Shown: positions 40,182-49,697 of the stretch, piece after piece
Layout: every line of letters begins with the position of its first letter
Position numbering within the stretch: position 1 is the stretch's first letter
From: Chthoniobacteraceae bacterium
GTDB taxonomy: Bacteria; Verrucomicrobiota; Verrucomicrobiia; Chthoniobacterales; Chthoniobacteraceae
Length of the DNA stretch: 64,000 nucleotides
NCBI GenBank assembly: GCA_040081625.1
Contig: JBEBGD010000017.1
Location: forward strand, 1-64,000
Direction of reading: 5' to 3'
Position numbers and translations under genes: made by a program
The notes under the pieces: model-generated
What the model was told of the DNA's origin: nothing
The model's database searches: none
The model's input: only the letters and a program-made list of their open reading frames with translations

Positions 40182-41069
40182 ATGCGTCCTCAGCTCGCCA
40201 CTTTCCTGCCGCTGCTTGCGGCCTTCGGCTACACGTTTGCAGCACTGATGCTCAAGCGGGCGACCGAGCGCGGCGTCGGGCCGTGGCGTGTCACGTTCAT
40301 CACCAATTGGGTCGCGGCGCTCGTCTTCGTGCCGTGGTGGTTCGCCGGCGGTTCGGCCTTCACGTGGTTGAATTTCACCCACGCGCTCATCACCGGTGCG
40401 CTGTTTTTCGTCGGCCAGATCCTCACCTTCCTCGCGCTGACTCGCGGCGATGTCTCCGTCACCACGCCGGTGCTCGGCACCAAGGTCGTCTTCGTCGCGT
40501 TCCTCGCCGTCATCTTCGCGGGCGATCATCTCAGCGTCGAGCTCTGGCTCGCCGCACTGCTCACGACCGTGGCGACCGCGATGCTCGGAATGGAGCGGCG
40601 GGTCGATTCCGCGCGCGTCTGGCCGAGCATCGCCTTCGGCCTCGCCGCCGCGATGTGCTACGCCTCGACCGACGTGCTCATGCAGCGCTGGGTGAAGGAC
40701 TGGGGCTTCGGCCATTTCGTGCCGGTGATGTTCCTGAGCATCGCCGTCTTTTCGTTCACGCTCGTGCCGTTTTTCAGCGCGCCGCTCGCCGCGATGCCGC
40801 GCTCGAGCCTGCGCTGGGCCGTCGCCGGCGGAGCGACGCTCGGCCTGCAAGCCACCGGCATGTCCTACTCGATCTCCGTCTTCCGCGAAGTGACGATCAC
40901 GAACATCCTCTACAACACGCGCGGCATCTGGAGCGTGGTGATCGTGTGGGCGATCGGCCACTGGTTCGCAAACACCGAGCGCGACCACGGCCCGCGCGTG
41001 ATGCTGCGGCGCCTCTTCGGCGCGCTGCTGCTGCTCGGCGCGGTTTTCCTCAGCCTGCGGCGGGGGTGA
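40182..41069 (+). CDS. EamA/DMT family transporter
   Basis: About 10 TM helices in two repeats; ALTRGDVSVTTPVLGTKVVFV. Confidence 0.87.
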   Translation: MRPQLATFLPLLAAFGYTFAALMLKRATERGVGPWRVTFITNWVAALVFVPWWFAGGSAFTWLNFTHALITGALFFVGQILTFLALTRGDVSVTTPVLGTKVVFVAFLAVIFAGDHLSVELWLAALLTTVATAMLGMERRVDSARVWPSIAFGLAAAMCYASTDVLMQRWVKDWGFGHFVPVMFLSIAVFSFTLVPFFSAPLAAMPRSSLRWAVAGGATLGLQATGMSYSISVFREVTITNILYNTRGIWSVVIVWAIGHWFANTERDHGPRVMLRRLFGALLLLGAVFLSLRRG

Positions 41070-42390
41070 GCCGTGCGCGACGCAGAGCGAGAATCCCGAG
41101 ACCGAGGGCCAGTATCGCGCCGGCACCCGGCTCAGGCACCGGCATCACGCTGCTCTTAAAATACACCTCGTCGATCTCGAACGTGCTGGTCGTGGCGTTC
41201 ACGGCGCCCCACGCGTAAAACCGAAACTCCAGCGTGCCGGTGAACGCGTTGACCCCTGCATCGGAGAAGTTCGCCACGCCTATGTTTGCACCGACGAGCG
41301 AGAGATCGGTGCCGAGCTGGAAGCTGGAAGCGAACCCATCGTTGCTCACGTAGAGCGCGAGTTGAACCGGGCCATTCGCGTTACGTTGATAGGCGAACTC
41401 CAGCCGCTCGAGGTCGAGTTGATAGCCCGCTTCGATCGCGAGCGTGAATCCGACCGCGGGCGTGTTGGCGAGATCGAGCGTCGGGCTGGTGGAGAGCCCG
41501 CTCGTCGAGCCGGTGCCGATCTGAAAATCCTGCGTGATACTTCCTCCGCCTCCGGTCGGCGCGAGGGTGAGCGTCCCCTGCCCCTGGAGCACGCCGAACG
41601 CGCTCAGCGTCGTGTGGCTCGGCGCAGTCAGCGGCGCGGTGGTGTAGCCCGCGGCGTTGTGCCCGAACCAATAGCCGCCGAGTTGACTGGTGGCGAGCGT
41701 CGCATCGCTGGCGTCGTTGACGGTGAGATTTCCGGGCGAGCTGAGCGCGGTGTTGCTCGAGGTCCAACTGGCCGCCGAACTGACCGCGGCGAGCAGCTCG
41801 GCACTCGTCCCGCTCGCGACTCCGTTGTATCTGGCGTTGTCGTTGGTGTTGGCGATGGCGACCGCATTGACCCCGCTGGCGAGAGTCATCGGCAGGTAGG
41901 TATCGGCCGTGACCGCTGTGCCCGTCGCGATGAACGGCGCGGCACTACCCCATCCGAGAGCGCCGAGGAATTCCGGGGCCTGCGGAGTTCCCTGAAACGC
42001 GAAAAGATTGTCGCCGGCAAGCGCGAGTCCCCAGTCTCCCAGCGCTTGCACGTCTAACGATACCGCGGTGCCGGCGGCAATATCGGCGGGCGCGACGTAG
42101 ATGAACACGCCTTCCGTAAAGGCGCCGGTCGCACTAAGCCGCCAGTCGCTCCATCCGCTCGACGCCGTCCCGATCCGGGCCGCTTCGCTGAAGAAGATGA
42201 CCGTGCCCGCCGAGATATTCTTGAGCGGCGCAAAGGCGATCGTGTCCGGGGCGGTCGCCTGCCCCATCAGGAAAATCAGGTCGCCCGCCGCGAGCGAGGA
42301 TTGCGCCGCGCTGGCCGGGACGATCAAGCTCTCGCAAGCAGTCAAGCATGCGCAGAGAAGTGCCAATCGAGGCGGCGAAGGTCGGCGCAT
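41050..42390 (-). CDS. PEP-CTERM sorting-domain surface protein
   Basis: Signal peptide; Ser/Thr/Gly-rich beta domains; C-terminus VPEPGAGAILALGLGILALRRAR. Confidence 0.9.
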   Translation of the reverse strand: MRRPSPPRLALLCACLTACESLIVPASAAQSSLAAGDLIFLMGQATAPDTIAFAPLKNISAGTVIFFSEAARIGTASSGWSDWRLSATGAFTEGVFIYVAPADIAAGTAVSLDVQALGDWGLALAGDNLFAFQGTPQAPEFLGALGWGSAAPFIATGTAVTADTYLPMTLASGVNAVAIANTNDNARYNGVASGTSAELLAAVSSAASWTSSNTALSSPGNLTVNDASDATLATSQLGGYWFGHNAAGYTTAPLTAPSHTTLSAFGVLQGQGTLTLAPTGGGGSITQDFQIGTGSTSGLSTSPTLDLANTPAVGFTLAIEAGYQLDLERLEFAYQRNANGPVQLALYVSNDGFASSFQLGTDLSLVGANIGVANFSDAGVNAFTGTLEFRFYAWGAVNATTSTFEIDEVYFKSSVMPVPEPGAGAILALGLGILALRRARLTPAAG

Positions 42391-42580
42391 GTTTAAGGAG
42401 GGCAGCTCCGCGAGCTTCGGCTCGCGCACCCCGATTGCAAACAGCCCTTTCGCCGGGACGACTCCGGGAAACGCAGCGCGTGCATTCGCACCGGATGGAC
42501 GTTTCCGTCGAGCCCGTCGCAGAAAATATCCGCGGCGGGTTGCGACGGCGCGCGGGCGCCGCCAAGGTTCCACCATCGTC

Positions 42581-43729
42581 ATGCACAAAGACCCGACCCA
42601 CACGAAGCGCGAGTTCCCCCCGTTCAGCCTCACGCGACTGCTCAGCACGGTCTTCGACCCGAAACCCGGCGAGCGCGTGTGCGTCCTCATCGACCTCGAA
42701 GACCCGCGCGACATCACGGACTTCCGTTTTCTCCAAAACCCGGTGCTCACCATCCAGCGGCATGCGCACGATGTCTTCCACGAGGAACTCAAACGCGGCG
42801 TGCTCGGGCTCGAGCACGGCGGGATGTTCGCCTACGCGATCACCGGCGGCAGCAATCTCGACCTGCCCGAGAGCTGCTTCGCGCCCGATGGCCGCGAACT
42901 GTCGCTCGTCGGGGACGTGCTCACGGCTCACGACCTCGTGCTCTGCATCTCGACGTATTCCGGCACCGCGCCGCTCACCGCGCTGGCAAAGATCCACGGC
43001 TTCCGCGGCGCGACGATGCACGGGATGAACGAGGTGATCCTCAGCAGCGGACTCGCCGTCGATTACTTCGAAGTCAGCGCGCAGGCGGAAAAGCTGCGCG
43101 TCGGCATGACGCGCGCGGACTGGGTCGAGATCGACTTCGCCGTCGGCGCGGGGCTCCACACGCTGCGGCTCGAACTCGCAAAGCAGGAGGCACAGAAAAG
43201 CCACGGCCTGTGCCGCGGCGGCCCGGACATCGCGAACCTGCCCGCCGGAGAAATCTACTACGTGCCCGCGGGTGCTGAGGGTGAGTTCCCGATGCGCTAC
43301 GAGGACGGCACGATCGGGCTCATGCAAGTCACCGGCGGACGCATCACGCACGCGACACTGCTGCGCGGCGAACAGAAGACGATCGACACTCACAACGCGA
43401 AGCTCACAAGCGACCCCGTCACCGGCGAACTCGGCGAGCTTGGCTTCGGCACGCAGGAACTGCCGGTGAGCGGGCGCGACATTCAGGATGAAAAAATCCT
43501 CGGCACGCTGCACGTCGCCACAGGCCGGAGCGATCATCTCGGCGGCAAGCTCACGCCGGATCGCTTCGCGAGTAAGAAGAACGCCACGCACGACGACATC
43601 CTCTTCGCCCCGCACAAGACGCCCGAGATCGCCGTGCCGCAGGTGCGGATGCATCGCGAAGGCGAGACTGTCGTGCTCATCGAAAACTACGCGCCGGCGG
43701 CTTACATGCGCGGGCTGCTCGGGCGGTGA
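42581..43729 (+). CDS. Aminopeptidase-like metalloprotease (M29/thermophilic family)
   Basis: NLPAGEIY; GELGFG; DEKILGTLHVATG; HDDI. Confidence 0.75.
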   Translation: MHKDPTHTKREFPPFSLTRLLSTVFDPKPGERVCVLIDLEDPRDITDFRFLQNPVLTIQRHAHDVFHEELKRGVLGLEHGGMFAYAITGGSNLDLPESCFAPDGRELSLVGDVLTAHDLVLCISTYSGTAPLTALAKIHGFRGATMHGMNEVILSSGLAVDYFEVSAQAEKLRVGMTRADWVEIDFAVGAGLHTLRLELAKQEAQKSHGLCRGGPDIANLPAGEIYYVPAGAEGEFPMRYEDGTIGLMQVTGGRITHATLLRGEQKTIDTHNAKLTSDPVTGELGELGFGTQELPVSGRDIQDEKILGTLHVATGRSDHLGGKLTPDRFASKKNATHDDILFAPHKTPEIAVPQVRMHREGETVVLIENYAPAAYMRGLLGR

Positions 43730-44457
43730 GCATTTACGAGAGCGACAAGCTCCTCGGCGAATACCTGCTCTTCCACTACGGCAGCGCCGATGAAGTCGCG
43801 CCGCCCGCAGGCGCAGAGCACGCGCTCGACTTCGCGGTGCGCTGCGTCGGCGATTGTGCGGGCACGAGAGCGCTCGATGTCGGCTGCGCGGTCGGGCGCT
43901 CGACGTTCGAGTTGGCGCGCGTCTGCGAGAGCGTGATCGGCATCGACTACTCGCGGCGCTTCATCGACGCAGCGGAGACGATCCGCCGCGATGGATCGCT
44001 CGGCTACGAACGCACCGACGAGGGCACGCAGACCACGCGGCTGGTCGCGCGGCGGCCGGAGGTCGATCCGTCGCGCGTTTCATTCGAGGTCGGCGATGCG
44101 ATGGCGCTGCGGGACGATCTCGGCGAGTTCGATCTCGTGCTCGCGGCGAACCTGATCGACCGGCTCGCTGACCCCGCACGTTTTCTCGCGCGGCTGCCGG
44201 CGCTCGTGAAGCCGGGCGGACAGCTCGTGATCACATCGCCTTACACGTGGCTCGAGGACTTCACGCCGCGCGAAAAGTGGCTCGGCGGATTCCACGGCAC
44301 GAGCACACTCGACGGCCTGCACTCGGCGCTCGGCGCGGCGTTTGAACTCGCCACCGTGCGCGACCTGCCCTTCCTCATTCGCGAACATGCGCGCAAATTC
44401 CAACTCAGCGTCGCCCAAGCCACGATCTGGCGCCGGCGCACATTCTTGATCCGATGA
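43726..44457 (+). CDS. SAM methyltransferase resembling the OvoA C-terminal (mercaptohistidine N-methyltransferase) domain
   Basis: YES..L.EYLLFHYG; ALDVGCAVGRSTFELAR; GIDYS; ANLIDRL; SPYTWLEDFTP; PFLIREHARKFQ. Confidence 0.8.
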   Translation: MSIYESDKLLGEYLLFHYGSADEVAPPAGAEHALDFAVRCVGDCAGTRALDVGCAVGRSTFELARVCESVIGIDYSRRFIDAAETIRRDGSLGYERTDEGTQTTRLVARRPEVDPSRVSFEVGDAMALRDDLGEFDLVLAANLIDRLADPARFLARLPALVKPGGQLVITSPYTWLEDFTPREKWLGGFHGTSTLDGLHSALGAAFELATVRDLPFLIREHARKFQLSVAQATIWRRRTFLIR

Positions 44458-45224
44458 TCTCCCGCCGTGCTGCACTGCACTCGATCGCGGGCGCGCTCCT
44501 CGCGGGCTGCGGGAAATCCGAGCGTCCACTCATCGTCGGCATGGAGCTCGACTACCCACCATTCGAGACGCGCGACATGGCGGGCAAGCCCGCGGGCATC
44601 AGCGTCGAGCTGGCGACCGCGCTCGCCGGGAAGCTCGGCCGCGAGTTGCGCATCGAGAACCTGCCCTTCGCCGGGCTCATCCCCGCGCTGAAGACGGGCA
44701 AGATCGATCTCATCGTCTCGTCGATGACGATCACGGACGAGCGCCGGCAGAGCATCGATTTCAGCGAGCCATATTGGCAAACCGGCGTCGGCTTCGTGAC
44801 CTACGAAGGCTCCGGCCTGCGCACCGCCGCGGATCTCGCGAAGCCGGGCGTGAAAGTCGTCGTGAAGAGCGGCACGACCGGCCACTTCTACGCGCGCGAC
44901 CGCAAGCTCGACTTCTCGATCGTCGATCGGCTCGCGATCGCCACGCTCGAAGTCGCGCAGCGCAAGTCGGCCGCATTTCTCTACGATCAGCTCACGCTCG
45001 TGCGCACGGCGGAGGAACAGCCGGGCCTCGTTCCGGTGCTCGATCCGCTCCAGACCGAGCCGTGGGGAATCGGCATCGCGAAGGGACGCGACGATCTGCG
45101 CGCGCAGGTCAACGCGTTCATCGCCGAGGCGCGCGAGCGCGGCGATTTCGCGCGATGGGCGGAGCAGTATCTCGCGAAGGAACTCGCCGCCGCGCGCAAG
45201 TGGGGCGGCACCATCATCCACTGA
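44454..45224 (+). CDS. Polar amino-acid ABC transporter substrate-binding lipoprotein
   Basis: SRR and LLAGC lipobox; GMELDYPPFE; LIPALKTGKIDLIVSSMTITDER; DFSEPY. Confidence 0.9.
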   Translation: MISRRAALHSIAGALLAGCGKSERPLIVGMELDYPPFETRDMAGKPAGISVELATALAGKLGRELRIENLPFAGLIPALKTGKIDLIVSSMTITDERRQSIDFSEPYWQTGVGFVTYEGSGLRTAADLAKPGVKVVVKSGTTGHFYARDRKLDFSIVDRLAIATLEVAQRKSAAFLYDQLTLVRTAEEQPGLVPVLDPLQTEPWGIGIAKGRDDLRAQVNAFIAEARERGDFARWAEQYLAKELAAARKWGGTIIH

Positions 45225-45227
45225 GCG

Positions 45228-45818
45228 ATGCCGACCGATTGGGAAGCGCAGTATCAAAAGGGCGAGACGCCGTGGGAGAAAGGCGCGCCGAGTCCGGGAC
45301 TCGTGGATTATCTCGCGGAGCATCGTGTCGAGGGCCGCGTGCTCGTGCCGGGCTGCGGGCTCGGTCACGATGTGCGCGCGCTCGCCGCGCAGGGCGCGGA
45401 GGCTGTCGGGCTCGACATCGCACCGTCGGCGGTGGAGACGGCGCGCCGCATTCAGCCCGCAGGCACCGAGCGCTACGAACTTGGCGATCTTTTCGCGCTG
45501 CCAGCGACGATGCGCGGCGCGTTCGACTGGGTGTGGGAGCACACGTGTTTTTGCGCGATCGATCCGTCGCTGCGCGCGGCCTACGTGGAGGCGGTGCATG
45601 GCGCGCTCAAGCCCGGCGGACATTTGCTCGCGGTGTTCTATCTCGATCCCGGGAACAGCTCGCCCGGCGAAGGTCCGCCGTTCGAGGTGTCGGTCGCGGA
45701 GCTCGACCGACTTTTTCTTCCGCGCCTCGAGCTGCTGCGCGAATGGCTGCCGGCGCGCGCGTATCCCGGTCGCGAAGGGCGTGAGTGGATGCGACTGCTA
45801 AAACGCTCCGGCCCGTAG
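45228..45818 (+). CDS. Thiopurine/thiol-halide S-methyltransferase (TPMT/HOL-like)
   Basis: W...Y....TPWEKGAPSPGL; RVLVPGCGLGHDV; FDWVWEHTCFCAIDP; GPPF. Confidence 0.85.
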   Translation: MPTDWEAQYQKGETPWEKGAPSPGLVDYLAEHRVEGRVLVPGCGLGHDVRALAAQGAEAVGLDIAPSAVETARRIQPAGTERYELGDLFALPATMRGAFDWVWEHTCFCAIDPSLRAAYVEAVHGALKPGGHLLAVFYLDPGNSSPGEGPPFEVSVAELDRLFLPRLELLREWLPARAYPGREGREWMRLLKRSGP

Positions 45819-47249
45819 ATCGCGAAAAGCCGCGCCGAGCGAGTCGAGCAGCGCGGTCGGGCGCAACGTCTCGGCGGATTCACGGCCGGAAAAGATCGCG
45901 CACTCCGCGGCGCGTCCGATGAGCCACGAGGCGAGTCGCGCGGCGGCGTAGAGCGTGAGGCCTTGCGCGGCGAGCGCGGCGATGAGGCCGGTCTGCACGT
46001 CGCCGACGCCGCCGGTGGCGAGGCCGGGGTGGCCGGTCGTGTTGTAGCTGAGCGGATGATCGCGCTGGCCTACGAGCGTGCGCGAGCCCTTGAGCAGGAG
46101 CACATGCGGCCATCGCTCGATGAAGGCGCCGACCGTCTCGCGGCGCGTGCGCTTCCGCGGATCGAGCCGCGCCATCTCGCCGGGGTGCGGCGTGAGGACT
46201 CGCGGACCGGCGCAGCGGTCGAGGACCGTGAGGTCGGTGGCGAGGTGATTGAGGGCGTCGGCGTCGAGCACGGCGGGCTGCGGCGCGCGCGCGATGAGGT
46301 CGAGGACGGCGGCGCGATTCGCGTCGCCGAGACCGGGGCCGATGGCGAGCACGTCGTGGTTTTCGGCGAGGACTTCGGCGGGAGAGTCGATGGGGCGGAC
46401 CATCACCTCGGGAGCGCAACGACTCGCGCATGGGTCGTAGAGGTCGGATGGGACGTAGAGCGCGACGAGGCCCGCGCCGCCGCGCACTGCGGCTTCGGCG
46501 CACAACACGGCGGCGCCGAGATAGCCGCGTGAGCCGGCGACGATGCCGACGCGTCCGCACTGGCCCTTGTGCGTGTCGAAAGCGCGCGGCGGGAGCAGTG
46601 GGGCGAGCGCGGTCGCGACGGTGTCGCCCGAGCCGGTCGCGCGTGCGGTCAGTTCATCGAGCGGGATCACCGCGAGCCGGCCGACGTGATTCGTCGCGGT
46701 GTCGGCGACGAGGCCTTTCTTTGCGAAGCCGATGGTGAGCGTGGTATCGGCGATCACCGCATCGGGATCGAAGGCGCCCGAGTCGCCGTCGAGCCCGGTC
46801 GGCAGGTCGAGCGCGAAGACGTGCGCGTTTTCGTCGCGGCGCAGGCGATTGATTTCGCGGCACGCGCCGAGGATCGGCTCGCGCAGCGCGCCGCCCGCGC
46901 CGATGCCGAGCAACCCGTCGAGCACGACGAGTGGACGCGAGCTTTCAGCAACGGAAGCCTCAAGCCGCTCGTGCTGCCGCAGCGTGAGCGGCGCCCACTG
47001 CTCGCGCGGGAATGCGGGCTGCAAGTCGATCGCCCATCCCGCGTGCGCGAGGTGCCGCGCGGCGACGAGCGCGTCGCCACCGTTATGCCCCTTGCCAAAG
47101 GCGACGACGCAGCGGCCCGGCGCGGAATAGAACTGCCGCACCGCGCGCGCGATGCCGGCGCCCGCTTGCTCCATGAGCGACCCGGCGGTGATGCCGTCGG
47201 CAAACGCGCGTTCTTCGAGTGCGCGCATCTCGGAACAAGTCAGAAGCAT
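45798..47249 (-). CDS. nnr: Bifunctional NAD(P)HX epimerase/dehydratase
   Basis: LMEQAG; GKGHNGGDA; DLPTG; HKG; GPGLG; DADALN; TPHPGEM; LATGGVGD. Confidence 0.93.
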   Translation of the reverse strand: MLLTCSEMRALEERAFADGITAGSLMEQAGAGIARAVRQFYSAPGRCVVAFGKGHNGGDALVAARHLAHAGWAIDLQPAFPREQWAPLTLRQHERLEASVAESSRPLVVLDGLLGIGAGGALREPILGACREINRLRRDENAHVFALDLPTGLDGDSGAFDPDAVIADTTLTIGFAKKGLVADTATNHVGRLAVIPLDELTARATGSGDTVATALAPLLPPRAFDTHKGQCGRVGIVAGSRGYLGAAVLCAEAAVRGGAGLVALYVPSDLYDPCASRCAPEVMVRPIDSPAEVLAENHDVLAIGPGLGDANRAAVLDLIARAPQPAVLDADALNHLATDLTVLDRCAGPRVLTPHPGEMARLDPRKRTRRETVGAFIERWPHVLLLKGSRTLVGQRDHPLSYNTTGHPGLATGGVGDVQTGLIAALAAQGLTLYAAARLASWLIGRAAECAIFSGRESAETLRPTALLDSLGAAFRDLRAGAF

Positions 47250-47273
47250 GAGGTCGTTCTAGCAGGCCGCAGC

Positions 47274-48662
47274 CTACCGCGCCACCGCCTCGCTCAGCTT
47301 GCGATCGATCTCGGGTTGTGAGAGCCCGGCGCGCTTGAGGTAGGCGGCGTAAAGTTCGCGGGTCCGATACATCTGCGCGGGCTCCTGCTTCGTGCGGCGC
47401 TGGTTCTTCGCGAGGATTTGCAAGGCTCGTTCATAGCCCTCGACGGTGAGCGGGTCGTCGCCGGCGCCGTCGGCCCACACGGCGAGGTTGTGGAAGAGCA
47501 CGGCGAAAAGCGGGTCGTCGTCTCGAAACCATTTTGCGCCGATTTCGGCGGAGCGCTTGAGATACGGCAGCGCCTCGCGCCGGCGATCCTGCCGCGCGAT
47601 CGAAAGGCCGAGACGATGCACGGCGTCGGAGTGATCCTTCGCGCGCGCGTCGGGCCGGCGATCGTAGATCTGCACGGCGCGGCGCAGGAGCGGCTCGGCG
47701 TCGGCGTTGCGCTTTGCCGCAAGGAAGGTGTAGCCGAGCCGGTCGAGCGCGAGCGCCAGGCGCAGCGCGTAGTTTTCACCCGCCCGCTCGAAGATGGAGA
47801 TGGCGCGACGCGCGACGGCTTCGGCCTCGGCAAACTTTTCGCTCTCGACGAGCGCGGCGGCGAGTTCGGACGCGGTGTCGGCGACTTCGACATCGTCGCG
47901 ACCGTAGGCCCGCTCGTAGATGCCCATGGCTCGGGCGAGCAGCGGCGCGGCTTCCTCGTCGCGCTGCTGGCGGGCGAGGCTGGCGCCGACGTTGTGGAGC
48001 GCATTGGCGAGGCCGGGCGAGTCGGGTGGCAGCACGCGCTCGCGGATGGCGAGGACTTCGCGGGCGAGCTTGAAGGCGTCGTCGAAACGGTCCTGCGCGT
48101 AGCGGAGACCGAAGGCGGCGCCCTGCACGCGTGCGTAGCCTTCGGGGTCGCGCGCTGGGTCGTGGCGGCGGCGCACGTCGCCGAGGGCGCGCTCGGCCCT
48201 GCCCCAATCCTTCGCGGCGATGAAGCCATGGATTTCACGCAGCGGGATGGCGAGCGGATCGACGGGCGCACTGGTGGAGACAGTCGGCGCGGCGAAGCGA
48301 CCGTGGATCATCGCGGCGAGGGTCGCGTCGTAGTCGTTGCGGCGCGAGTCGGCTTCGACCTGCGTCGCGAAGCGCTCGAGCGCGGCGCGCGTTTCGGCGG
48401 CATCGAGGCCGCGCGAGCGGGCCACGCCATCGGTCGCGCGGGCCACTTTTTCCTCCGGCGTTCGCGTCGATTCATCCTGGATGAAACGCAGATAGATGGC
48501 GTCGGCGATCTGCCGTGGATCGATGCGCGCCGCCGGTTCGCGGCGAGGCGAGTCCTCGGGCGCGCGGTCGCGGACGAGTAGGGAGAAAAGCAGGGCGGTG
48601 AGCGAGCCGCCGGCGATCCACAGCCAGGCGGGGAGTTTTCGCGGAGCGTTCGCTGCGTTCAT
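47274..48662 (-). CDS. Membrane-anchored tetratricopeptide-repeat protein
   Basis: N-terminal TM helix; about 42-aa repeats (A.AL.N....EA.PL..RA..I.E). Confidence 0.8.
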   Translation of the reverse strand: MNAANAPRKLPAWLWIAGGSLTALLFSLLVRDRAPEDSPRREPAARIDPRQIADAIYLRFIQDESTRTPEEKVARATDGVARSRGLDAAETRAALERFATQVEADSRRNDYDATLAAMIHGRFAAPTVSTSAPVDPLAIPLREIHGFIAAKDWGRAERALGDVRRRHDPARDPEGYARVQGAAFGLRYAQDRFDDAFKLAREVLAIRERVLPPDSPGLANALHNVGASLARQQRDEEAAPLLARAMGIYERAYGRDDVEVADTASELAAALVESEKFAEAEAVARRAISIFERAGENYALRLALALDRLGYTFLAAKRNADAEPLLRRAVQIYDRRPDARAKDHSDAVHRLGLSIARQDRRREALPYLKRSAEIGAKWFRDDDPLFAVLFHNLAVWADGAGDDPLTVEGYERALQILAKNQRRTKQEPAQMYRTRELYAAYLKRAGLSQPEIDRKLSEAVAR

Positions 48663-48744
48663 TTGGTGCGTGGTTTAGGCGGCGAGGACGGTGCGCGTCA
48701 ATGCATCGCCCGTGGGAGGAAAAGTGGACGGGTAAACGGGAATA

Positions 48745-48782
48745 ACCTGACCCGGGATTATGCACTTCACGAAGGTTCCACG
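48745..48782 (+). repeat. Left TSD (ACCTGACC) and left terminal inverted repeat
   Basis: ACCTGACC followed by CGGGATTATGCACTTCACGAAGGTTCCACG. Confidence 0.95.
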
Positions 48783-48897
48783 ACTCGCCCCGTTTCGTGA
48801 CGTGAGGAACGCGTGTTTCCGTTAGAGCACAGCCTGTGCTTTGACTGAACCAGTCGCCGCCGTTTGATTCATCCGGTAAAATTAAACCAGCGCGACT

Positions 48898-49050
48898 CTA
48901 CTTCGTCTTTTTCTTCGCAGCCTTCGGGCGGCTCGCCTTCTTCGGCTTAGCTGGCGGGACGGCGATTGCCGTGCGCATCAGGGCGTCGAAGCTACGGCCT
49001 GTCTGCGCCTTGGGTGAGAAGCGTTCGAGTTCGGTCGATTTCTTTTTCAC
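48898..49050 (-). CDS. Small basic protein (50 aa)
   Basis: GTG 49050: VKKKSTELERFSPKAQTGRSFDALMRTAIAVPPAKPKKASRPKAAKKKTK; the start is uncertain. Confidence 0.5.
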   Translation of the reverse strand: MKKKSTELERFSPKAQTGRSFDALMRTAIAVPPAKPKKASRPKAAKKKTK

Positions 49051-49165
49051 GGCCAAGACGGTAGCCCATGATTTATACCTGCGCCATTGCTTCCTTACCG
49101 TCATGCCGTAACTGCGTATCAAATCGGCTTGACGCTTCCGTATCGCGCGCCACAGTTGAGCGGTC

Positions 49166-49576
49166 ATGGACCATCTCGAATCTCTCACCGCACTAGAAAA
49201 ACGTTACGCCGACGCGCATCGTGAATATGCTGATGCGCTGGCGCACGTTCGGTCATTGATCGCCCTGGAGAAGCGGCTTGATGGTGGGGCGTCTTCCCCC
49301 CTTTCTATTGTGATTGGCGATACTCCCCCGGCATCTTCCGACAACGTGCGGTCAGGCGACGAATTTGCATCGCTTACAAAGGCGGAGGCCGCCGAGAAAT
49401 TGATTCGCGAGCGCGGCGATCTTCGAGTTGAAGCGATTTTCAATTCAATGAAGGCGCGCGGGCATCCAGTAGCGACCGTGCGGGCGCTGGCATCCATGCT
49501 GAGCGCGGATAAGCGATTCGCGCCGCGCGGTGGGGGCGTATGGGGTCTGCGCCAACCGGAGCTTTCAGCCGCATGA
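49166..49576 (+). CDS. Winged-HTH protein (HARE-HTH/RpoE-delta-like), putative regulator
   Basis: N-terminal coiled coil, linker, then helices ending MLSADKRFAPRGGGVWGLR (wing F..G.G.WGL); TTGACG at 49129-34 and CACAGT at 49151-56 suggest a near-leaderless transcript. Confidence 0.68.
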   Translation: MDHLESLTALEKRYADAHREYADALAHVRSLIALEKRLDGGASSPLSIVIGDTPPASSDNVRSGDEFASLTKAEAAEKLIRERGDLRVEAIFNSMKARGHPVATVRALASMLSADKRFAPRGGGVWGLRQPELSAA

Positions 49577-49583
49577 AAAAACT

Positions 49584-49677
49584 TTCCCCGGAGTGGTGCA
49601 AACACTCCGGGGAACCAAGACCTCGGTGTCCGAAGGCGGCGACTCCAACTCGCCGCCGGGAAGGGTCCAATCCTTCC
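49584..49677 (+). ncRNA. Three-hairpin structured RNA segment
   Basis: Perfect stems: 12 bp at 49584-49614 (loop GTGCAAA), 8 bp at 49635-49657 (loop CTCCAAC), 6 bp at 49659-49677 (loop GTCCAAT). Confidence 0.6.
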
Positions 49678-49697
49678 GAGCAGGCGCCGGGGCATCC

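Noticed and set aside
48898..49188. 96-aa version of the small basic ORF
   Set aside because: The extension overlaps the HTH gene start and its putative promoter; a shorter start is more plausible.
49619..49690. Second tRNA (Trp-like CCA loop) upstream of the cloverleaf
   Set aside because: Anticodon-like and T-like hairpins are present, but I could not form a 7-bp acceptor stem; reported as hairpins only.
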